From an uncultured delta proteobacterium (GTDB lineage: Bacteria > Bdellovibrionota > FAC87 > UBA2466), in assembly GCA_963778115.1 (NCBI GenBank), contig CAVZSV010000004.1, forward strand, positions 1,664,001 to 1,728,000: DNA of 64,000 nucleotides, given 5' to 3'. Below are positions 9,730 to 17,294 of this stretch, one piece after another; within the stretch, counting starts at the first letter, position 1, and every line of letters begins with the position of its first letter. Below the pieces are notes generated by a model. That model had not been told where the DNA came from, did not search any database, and worked only from the letters and a program-made list of their open reading frames with translations. The translations under genes were made by a program, and so were the position numbers.

Positions 9730-10103
9730 GCTCCTAAAATCCTTATTCGGCGAATAAATTGATTATAATTAGTAAAATCCTAATAAAATGATTATCTGAC
9801 ATAGGGTTATTATTATAACAGCTACATATTTTATTGAAGCACCTAAAATCCTTATCGTGTATCTAAAATATATAGAAACTGCCATTAATTCAATAAAACA
9901 ACTAAATCTGATGAATACTCAAGGATAACGACAGGTTGTACCAGTAGCATAAAGTCAAATAAGTTCAATAACTTAGCTAGAACTTGGGCAAAGATTTTCT
10001 TAATGCTACAGACGAGGTGCGTTAGCATTTCTGCATGGACTGCAGTTGTTGTATGCCCCCCCTGCCGATTTTTTTGCGTAAGCGCCACGCAGGAGTTCAG
10101 CTG

Positions 10104-10538
10104 ATGTGGAAAAAGCTCAGAAAATCACATGCTGCATTTCTTACCTTAAGTTGCCTCTATAGCAGCTTTTCGCACGCTCTCATCATTTTGAATGCAAACG
10201 ATGTTGAGCGAAATGGAAACGCAGTAAAGTCCTCCTACGGACGTCTTTTCCACTATGTTCCCCGCGAGATGGGAATGGGCTTCGTTGCCGATTTGTATCA
10301 AATCGAGCGTGGCCATTCGCTCTCAATACTATCGACAAAATCTCAATACGAAGGCCTCAACAATGTAGGTGGTAGAGGAGAGTTCATTCTCGAAGGCGAA
10401 TTAAATGCACGCCACTTCGCAGACAGATCCTTTCTCGCATTGGGAGTTCACAACGGCTATCGGATTACCGCTAACAACAAAGGCCTCAGCTTTCTAAGTG
10501 TAAAGCGAACAATCGCGACCAGTGAGACGCCAATTTGA
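10104..10538 (+). CDS. Hypothetical exported protein
   Basis: AGGAG RBS before ATG 10104; signal-peptide-like N-terminus; ends just before the att-like remnant. Confidence 0.5.
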   Translation: MWKKLRKSHAAFLTLSCLYSSFSHALIILNANDVERNGNAVKSSYGRLFHYVPREMGMGFVADLYQIERGHSLSILSTKSQYEGLNNVGGRGEFILEGELNARHFADRSFLALGVHNGYRITANNKGLSFLSVKRTIATSETPI

Positions 10539-10548
10539 GTTTAATTTG

Positions 10549-10585
10549 TAGCGGTTGCGAGATGAGGGGTTAAAACCCTCTCCTC
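10549..10585 (+). repeat. att-like element copy 3 (truncated)
   Basis: TAGCGGTTGCGAGA shared with copy 1 (6318-6331); ATGAGGGGTTAAAA shared with copy 4; core stops at CCCTCTCCTC. Confidence 0.7.
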
Positions 10586-10621
10586 GGGATTTCTCTCGAT
10601 TTCCCATTCACATCTCCCGCA

Positions 10622-10798
10622 CTAATCCCCCTCCTCCCTTTCCTCTAACGAAACCTCTTCAACCTCCCCAGATTCGAGTTGTTTCTTAAGTTTTTGGCAG
10701 AGTGGGCAGTCGTCAAAGAGATCTTCCTTCTCAGAGTCAAAAGGAACTACAGTTTCATAAATGGATTTCTGATCTAGTCTTTGGAACATTTTCTCCAT
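10622..10798 (-). CDS. Small acidic CxxC protein (58 aa)
   Basis: Manual translation MEKMFQRLDQKSIYETVVPFDSEKEDLFDDCPLCQKLKKQLESGEVEEVSLEEREEGD; AAGGAG RBS; sigma-54-like motif upstream. Confidence 0.65.
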   Translation of the reverse strand: MEKMFQRLDQKSIYETVVPFDSEKEDLFDDCPLCQKLKKQLESGEVEEVSLEEREEGD

Positions 10799-10822
10799 GG
10801 CTTCTCCTTCGCAACATCACTA

Positions 10823-10838
10823 TGCGAAAAGAATGCCA
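10823..10838 (-). promoter_or_regulatory. Sigma-54-type promoter
   Basis: TGGCATTCTTTTCGCA, GG-N10-GC. Confidence 0.55.
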
Positions 10839-10987
10839 TCGGCACGCGCATGATAAGCGGTGAAGGAGAACCGATTTCCGGACTGAAGGGACCTATTTCC
10901 GTTCCCAGCCTTGGATCTCCCTCCCAATGGGCCAACGGGTCATCTTGAAATTACCGATGACCCGTTCCGAAAGGGCCCGCTAGGAGA

Positions 10988-11329
10988 GTGTCACTTTACG
11001 CATTAATGCCTCTACAGACCGAGGATACAAGAATACCAACCGGTGAGCGTCGCTTAGTGAAATATATAGGAGAAGCCTCGAAAACTCCGGACCAAATTCT
11101 TGAAGAAAAGGAGACGACGAATCAACTCACGTCCGCTATAAAGCAATTCTCTGATGAAGACCAAGAAATATTAGAGACGATCTTCGATGAGATACTTCGC
11201 ATCCACCATTATCGGGATCAACAACAACTAATTAAATTCATTGAACGAAAGTTCAGTGGAAGTATATCCCGCGAAACGATATTGCGATTATTCGGACAAA
11301 TATCCGAAAACCTCCGAGCCTCAGCGTGA
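10988..11329 (+). CDS. Hypothetical protein, possibly a sigma-factor C-terminal-like remnant
   Basis: TPDQILEEKETTNQLTSAIKQFSDEDQEIL loosely resembles the sigma-70 region 3-4 linker; no clear RBS. Confidence 0.35.
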   Translation: MSLYALMPLQTEDTRIPTGERRLVKYIGEASKTPDQILEEKETTNQLTSAIKQFSDEDQEILETIFDEILRIHHYRDQQQLIKFIERKFSGSISRETILRLFGQISENLRASA

Positions 11330-11376
11330 ACATTTGTAATGAATACTTTCGTGTCGGAACGCGGTAAAACGTACCG

Positions 11377-12300
11377 GTGAATAGGATAAATCAGCACCAT
11401 GTATGGAGTAGCTACCTTGAAGCCTGGACAAATAAAAACAGCTTCGCTTGCCTGAGAAACGGTAAGGGATTTATCTGCCAGCCAAGTAATGTGGCGGCGC
11501 AAAGATACTTCTATAAGGCCGAGGAATTAAGCATTACTGATATCGACTTCATTGAGAAGGTACTATTGGCCCCGATGCCAGCTTTTGTTCGAGCCATTAA
11601 CCGCGACTGGTTGCGAACTTTCAACATTCCGTTTCAGCTTCTCTCTAGTCTCCGATCGACTGGAATAAGTGAGCAGATCTTGGAAGAGAAGCGCAAGTGG
11701 TTAGAAAACAATATTATCGAAGATCTCCACGCGAGTATAGAGGCAGACGGGTTACCATATCTCGACTCTTTGCGAAGGGGGGACAGCGAATTTTTTGCAA
11801 ATGAAGATGAAAGAGAAAGCTTTCTTATATTCTTATGCGCTCAATATTTTAGGACCAGCAAGATAAAAGCCAATATCCAAAATAGCGTAGCAAAAGCGTC
11901 TAAACTTCGCTTGGGATTCGACTTTGAAAGGATATGGAACCCGACGAGTCACATTCTAGCTACCAGTACCGCCTATTCATTATCGAGGGATCGGCTTCAC
12001 CTTATTCTTCTAGAGAACACATCATCGGTACCATTTATTACTGGAGATCAACCTGTTGTAAATACTTATGCAATGTCAGTTCCCTCAGGTGATCAGGTTT
12101 CTAATTTGGAGTTCTACTATCCTGTATCGTCAGAAATTGCCATCCTCATTACGCAAAATGCGAGCCGATTGCCCGGAGGGACTTCCATCGTAGACGAAAC
12201 TTCGGCGAACGAATTTAATAGCCACATCATTGGTAACTCGTTCCGTGAAATTTATGCAAACTCCCTGGAACAGTTGGATGCTATTAATATACCGGGATAG
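11377..12300 (+). CDS. DUF4238-domain protein
   Basis: N-terminal QHHVWSSYLEAW and later FITGDQPV, YYPVS motifs. Confidence 0.8.
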   Translation: MNRINQHHVWSSYLEAWTNKNSFACLRNGKGFICQPSNVAAQRYFYKAEELSITDIDFIEKVLLAPMPAFVRAINRDWLRTFNIPFQLLSSLRSTGISEQILEEKRKWLENNIIEDLHASIEADGLPYLDSLRRGDSEFFANEDERESFLIFLCAQYFRTSKIKANIQNSVAKASKLRLGFDFERIWNPTSHILATSTAYSLSRDRLHLILLENTSSVPFITGDQPVVNTYAMSVPSGDQVSNLEFYYPVSSEIAILITQNASRLPGGTSIVDETSANEFNSHIIGNSFREIYANSLEQLDAINIPG

Positions 12301-12390
12301 GAAAACTACGGTAGGGCCGTTCAATTAAGGGTTCAAATCTATTTTTCTCGAACCCCTTTTGTTGCAATTTCATCCTTGTGTCTTTTGGGG

Positions 12391-12607
12391 TCGGGCCCGC
12401 CGCGGGACAGGTGGGTGGTATTTGGTTCATATTCCTGCTATTCACTTCAGTGAGAGCCACCAAGTAAGCTCTCGTGATTATTTGTTTGTGATTGAATTTC
12501 ATGGCGTTGAGGAATGAGGGGTTAAAATCCTCTCCTCTCAGCCAGATTTTTCCATGTATTTGAAATCATAGATATCCAAAAATTATTGCACCCCCTTGCG
12601 GGACACA
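12391..12607 (+). repeat. att-like element copy 4 (core at 12520-12544)
   Basis: Left arm near-identical to copy 1; core GGTTAAAATCCTCTCCTCTCAGCCA; right arm TGAAATCATAGA...AAAAATT...TTGCGGGACAC as in copy 2. Confidence 0.85.
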
Positions 12608-12884
12608 GCATTGCGGCTGTTTTCGGAATAAACCCCTCTCTGATTTTATTTCCGAAGGGCTACGAAAGAGCGGATGAAAAAGAGATCAGAAAGATAAGAA
12701 AGGATGCCGCAGCTCTTATCGAAAAGAAAAGAACCTCGGGATGAAAAATTGTATGCGACTTGAGCAGAAATAAAGGTGCGTGACTCAGTTATGCATAGAC
12801 TTCGTTTCCTGAGAGGAATGAGAAAGAAGGGGTTCAAAGGTATCCTGGGGCCACTTACTAGACGAGCGCCTGATTTCCCGGATT

Positions 12885-13145
12885 GTGATAGGATCCCCAG
12901 CTATGGAACCAAAATACACAAACGGAGCCCTCGCGTGGCTAAACTTTAGCTTGAGAGTCCAAGAAGAGATCGCCAAGGCCGAGGCGGGCTTCATCTACAA
13001 AAGGGCAAAAAAGCGCACCGAAGTTACGATTCTTGAGGCGATCGTCGATAACCAAAAATTTACGGTCCACTATATCGTCAGTATGGATCTCAGTCCCACC
13101 TACAAAATAGCTAATATTCCCGAGGCTGATCTCTCTCCCCGATGA
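12885..13145 (+). CDS. Hypothetical protein
   Basis: 86-aa ORF whose stop overlaps the next start (ATGA). Confidence 0.4.
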   Translation: MIGSPAMEPKYTNGALAWLNFSLRVQEEIAKAEAGFIYKRAKKRTEVTILEAIVDNQKFTVHYIVSMDLSPTYKIANIPEADLSPR

Positions 13146-13996
13146 GCGAGTCCCCAATTAAAGACGTTTCTTACACTGCTTTCATGGTAGCTGCTTGCCG
13201 TGCGAAAGAAACCGATCGCGCTGACGCTTTGTTTCGAGACCCTCTGGCAGCGAAGCTCGCTGGCGACAAAGGGAAAAAGATCATTGAAAACCTACCCAAG
13301 ACGGCGCGCCTTGGAGGATGGACGGTGGTTATCCGTACCTGCATCATTGACGATTTTATTCAACGGGCTCTGGCAGAAGGAGTCGATACGATTTTGAACC
13401 TGGGCGCCGGGCTGGATACGCGACCTTATCGCATGGAATTTCCGCCATCGCTCCGCTGGGTTGAGATCGATTATCCTGAAGTCATCAACTTTAAGGAGCA
13501 GCAACTTTCCGACGAAAAGCCGCGGTGCTGTATTGAGCGAGTCAAACTCGATCTCGCCGATCTCTCGGAACGTAGGAGAGTTCTTGATGAAGTCACTTCT
13601 CAATCGAAAAAGACCCTCGTTCTGACAGAGGGTGTGATTCTCTATCTTACTGAGGATGCCGTAGCCTCGTTAGGCACTGATCTGAAAAACAAAAACTCCG
13701 TTCAGTATTGGATCGCAGAATACGTTTCGCCTTCGTTTGCCAAGTCTATGCGACAAAGTGGCGGTCGCACTATGGCAAAATCGCCATTCTTGTTTGATCC
13801 CAAGGACTACTTCGCTCTGTTTGCCGGAGCAGGCTGGAAGGCAAAAGAGATTGTCTATCTCACCGACGAGGCAAAGCGACGGAAACGTCCCGCCCCATTA
13901 CCTTTTATAAAACGAGTTAAAAACTTTTTAAGATCGCCGAAACGCCGCCGCGAATTGACGGAGCAATCCGGTTTTGTCCTCTTTGAGAAGGGGTGA
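13142..13996 (+). CDS. Class I SAM-dependent methyltransferase (LCM/TIGR00027-like)
   Basis: FRDPLAAKL, LNLGAGLDTRPYR, WVEID, LTEGVILYL. Confidence 0.92.
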   Translation: MSESPIKDVSYTAFMVAACRAKETDRADALFRDPLAAKLAGDKGKKIIENLPKTARLGGWTVVIRTCIIDDFIQRALAEGVDTILNLGAGLDTRPYRMEFPPSLRWVEIDYPEVINFKEQQLSDEKPRCCIERVKLDLADLSERRRVLDEVTSQSKKTLVLTEGVILYLTEDAVASLGTDLKNKNSVQYWIAEYVSPSFAKSMRQSGGRTMAKSPFLFDPKDYFALFAGAGWKAKEIVYLTDEAKRRKRPAPLPFIKRVKNFLRSPKRRRELTEQSGFVLFEKG

Positions 13997-14065
13997 GCGG
14001 GACTTATTGGTGACATTTTTGGGCACCTTCTGCCCAGCATCGGTCTGTGCTATAAGCTGCGGACC

Positions 14066-15436
14066 ATGAACAATCCCCGTGCCGCCATGCTCTTTCTTCT
14101 CTGTGCGATCGCAGGGCCGCAGTTTTCTTGGGGAAAGATACAAAAGATTTCGGAACTTAACGGAATTTCGACCTATAAGCTCGATCAACCTCTCGATCAT
14201 TCAAACCCCAAAGCTGGAGTCTTCGATCAACGAATCTTCGTAGTTCACAATCCGAACGCGAAAAAAGACGCACCGATCTTTATAGAGTCAACCGGAGTAT
14301 TTACTACAGACGCGCCGTCTCTGGCCCAAAGAGAGTACGAAACGTTTGCCCGACCGCTGGGAGCGCACCTGGTGCTCGTGGAGCACCGTTTAACAGGCAA
14401 GAGCCTACCCGAGCAGCTCCGCCCGGTATCAAAGCGACTTGCTTTCTTCAATCTTTTTCAGGTAGTCGAGGACTTGGCGACAGCTCAAAGAGCGACCAGT
14501 GATTTACTACCCGGAAAAGGAAAATGGTTTGCCATCGGAGGCTCCTACACGGCATCTATCGCTCTATTGCTGGCTGAGACCTATCCAGCCACCATCGATG
14601 GGGTTTACGCCTCTTCACCTAGTCATCCGGGTTTGGGCGCATTCACTGCTCGGCCCATCGAACGCATCGAAGAAATTTTGGGCAAGCCATGTTCAACGAA
14701 AATCGAAAAGTTAATTGCATGGACAGAGCAAGCTCTGGAAGGAGCTTCGAGAGAAAGGATAAGTGAATTCGGCCGCGATGTCTTTGGAACCTCTCTCTCC
14801 ATAGAGCAGCCCGAAGATGTTTTTTTTGTCATCATGAACATTACCGCCATGTCGGCAGAGAATTCGGAAATGCTCTGTCGATTCCTCGATCGTAGCTTTG
14901 CGGACCCGAAAATAGATCCCTTAATTGTCTTGGCAAAACTCGCCCGTCCTTACCGAGAAAATTATGGCGATGCTTTCTTAGAAACGAACGCTGGCATCAC
15001 GGCGGGGCTAGAGGAAAAAGCTACGGAAATTTTTCAGATGAGCGCACTTTGGCGGTATCTTGCTTGTAGTGAGCTGGGTTCGATGTGGATAGCTTCCCCG
15101 AAGACCAGGCTCCTATCGGCTAAGGTTAGCGAGAGTTATTACACTGAAAGCTGTCGGCGACTCTTTGGGATCGATCCCAGTAAGACTAAGGAAGACGCTT
15201 GGATTGGCAACAAGATTGCCGCAAGTATGACTGCTCTGGGGAAGGTGCTCATTACCGATGGCTGGAAGGACCCCTGGAGTATCGACGGACTGATTCCGCA
15301 AGAGCATGTACGCGTGGGTAAGAATGGCGTTTACTATAGACGCAAGGACGGCACCCATTGTAGCGACCGAGTTCCCCCGGACGAGGGAGGTCTCAAATTG
15401 CAAAAGTCCGCTCTCAATTTGCTGAATTCCTGGTAA
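14066..15436 (+). CDS. Secreted serine peptidase, S28/S37 family
   Basis: QPLDH, F.QR, VEHR..GKS, GGSY nucleophile, DPW, HCSD. Confidence 0.88.
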   Translation: MNNPRAAMLFLLCAIAGPQFSWGKIQKISELNGISTYKLDQPLDHSNPKAGVFDQRIFVVHNPNAKKDAPIFIESTGVFTTDAPSLAQREYETFARPLGAHLVLVEHRLTGKSLPEQLRPVSKRLAFFNLFQVVEDLATAQRATSDLLPGKGKWFAIGGSYTASIALLLAETYPATIDGVYASSPSHPGLGAFTARPIERIEEILGKPCSTKIEKLIAWTEQALEGASRERISEFGRDVFGTSLSIEQPEDVFFVIMNITAMSAENSEMLCRFLDRSFADPKIDPLIVLAKLARPYRENYGDAFLETNAGITAGLEEKATEIFQMSALWRYLACSELGSMWIASPKTRLLSAKVSESYYTESCRRLFGIDPSKTKEDAWIGNKIAASMTALGKVLITDGWKDPWSIDGLIPQEHVRVGKNGVYYRRKDGTHCSDRVPPDEGGLKLQKSALNLLNSW

Positions 15437-15583
15437 CCCACTGTAGATCTTGTCATAAACTTTAGGCCACACCCCTCGTCGGCACTTCAAGCCAGTAGCT
15501 AAACAGTGCCCGTCGTAATTTGGGCTCGAAGGGCTCGGTCTTATGACCACGCCCCCCTGTGCGTACGACGGGCACCTTGGGAT

Positions 15584-16519
15584 TTACTGCGCAAACTGCA
15601 TTCCCAATTTCAGCGCGTCCGCCTTGGCAATAGGCAAACTCGTATCATCGTTAAAGAGCGCGCGCGATAGTTGCGTTCCGGAGGTTCCCACTTGGGTTAA
15701 ATTTGCCTCCCTAAAGTCGCTGCCAGAGAAGTCGGAACCCGTTAGCTCAGAGTCGGTCAGATCGGCACTATTAAAATCAGTCCGATCAAATTCTGAATTG
15801 ATGATTTTGGCACCTATCACCCGTGAAGCATAAAACCGAGATCCGCCAAATTCACCATTGGATATGTTTACGGCAGTCAGATCAATCTCTCGCATGTCCG
15901 TCCCGGCGATGGTCGCAGAAGTCATATTCGCTCTGGTGGCATCAGCGCCAATGAGAAGGCAGCTATCCAGACTAACCGAGGTAAGGTTGGCATCGACCAA
16001 TTTAGCTCGATTAAAAGACGACTGGCTCCCTGACATCTGCGTTAGATTAGCTCCAATTAGATCAGAGTCATCGAAATCAGCGCGATCAACCTGAGCTTTG
16101 GACAAACTTGCTCCCGTCAAATCGGCATTGCGAAATATCGCACTCTTAGCACTAACACCTTCTAATATCGTCTGTTTTAGTGAAGCACGAAAAAACGAAA
16201 CTTCGTCGAGATTAGCCGAAGTCAGATCGGCTCCATCTACAATGGCACTTCTAAGATCGGCGCCGGTCAGTTTTGCGCTTTTGAGACTCGCATGGCTTAA
16301 ATTTGCTCCACGTAGATCTATCGAAGTCAGATCCGCATTATCAAGGTTAGTGCCCTGGAGATTGCCACACTCGCCAAGAAAGCCCACATTTAGCCCCGCC
16401 ACTCCAGCTCCATCTTGGCAGACGCTCCCCTTCAGTCGAAATCCTTGATCATGCGCGTAGAGCGGGTTCGCGGTAAAAATCGTTAGCCCCAATATCAAAA
16501 GCCGTTTATGAATGGTCAT
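15584..16519 (-). CDS. Exported pentapeptide-repeat protein
   Basis: Long run of A(D/N)L(T/S)x repeats after a signal peptide. Confidence 0.95.
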   Translation of the reverse strand: MTIHKRLLILGLTIFTANPLYAHDQGFRLKGSVCQDGAGVAGLNVGFLGECGNLQGTNLDNADLTSIDLRGANLSHASLKSAKLTGADLRSAIVDGADLTSANLDEVSFFRASLKQTILEGVSAKSAIFRNADLTGASLSKAQVDRADFDDSDLIGANLTQMSGSQSSFNRAKLVDANLTSVSLDSCLLIGADATRANMTSATIAGTDMREIDLTAVNISNGEFGGSRFYASRVIGAKIINSEFDRTDFNSADLTDSELTGSDFSGSDFREANLTQVGTSGTQLSRALFNDDTSLPIAKADALKLGMQFAQ

Positions 16520-16715
16520 ACTAATCTCCTCTAGAGTTGTGCCCTGACTCTAAAATGGCAGAAAAGAACGTTGAGGTGCACTTATCTTGCCTTAAAGTCC
16601 ATGATGGGATTTGACATGATAGGGCGGCGTCAAGCCAAAGAGACAACGACCCAATGTGTCGCTTGACCTCGCGACACTCCGGGCTGTATTTCTTGCAGCC
16701 TTAGGGAGGTCAAAG

Positions 16716-16973
16716 ATGAAATTACTACAATCCGCCCTTCTGGTGTCTCTATTTTCGGTTCAAGCTTTGGGAGCCTCATGGACCTGTGTGGCTTATTGTC
16801 GGGGAGAGGATGATCGTAACGTTAAGTTCGACCAGCGATTTTCCTCTGAAGGAGAAAGTCTGAGCGACGCTTGGACAAAATGGGATGATCAGTGCGTTGC
16901 TTGGGCAAAAAATTCCAAAGTAACTCAGCGAGATTTACCCGCGGTTCCGACACTCGTCTGCGCTAAGAACTAA
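16716..16973 (+). CDS. Small secreted Cys-containing protein
   Basis: GGAGG RBS, MKLLQSALLVSLFSVQALG signal, 4 Cys. Confidence 0.65.
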   Translation: MKLLQSALLVSLFSVQALGASWTCVAYCRGEDDRNVKFDQRFSSEGESLSDAWTKWDDQCVAWAKNSKVTQRDLPAVPTLVCAKN

Positions 16974-16993
16974 GGTATCCTGGCCGTAAATTC

Positions 16994-17226
16994 CTAATGC
17001 GGCCGCCAGGTTCTGCGAATCTGATTTGCAATCGTCGCGACCTCGTCTAAAGGGGTTTCGTTCGCTCGGATGGTAATACTGGGCGCTATCGAAAAATTCT
17101 CCCTAAGGATCGCAGCGAGTTGAGTTACGTGAGCGCCTCCAATGATGAACACGTAGGGCTTCTGCTTACCCGTATTCTTAACGATGTTAGGATCGAAGCT
17201 ACTAACGTATGCTAAGTTGTGGCTTT
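16994..17226 (-). pseudogene. Start-less C-terminal gene fragment
   Basis: Open frame ...KPYVFIIGGAHVTQLAAILRENF...RRTWRPH* bounded upstream by a stop with no start codon. Confidence 0.3.
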
Positions 17227-17294
17227 AATGGAATTTATCGATAGAACATGAGGACGTCCGTATAGAAAAACGAAGCTCCCCTATTCCACATCAA

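Noticed and set aside
6208..12607. CRISPR array or integron attC interpretation of the repeats
   Set aside because: Spacing is about 2 kb with whole genes between; no cas or intI gene; no RYYYAAC...GTTRRRY attC ends seen; the core matches the tRNA 3' end.
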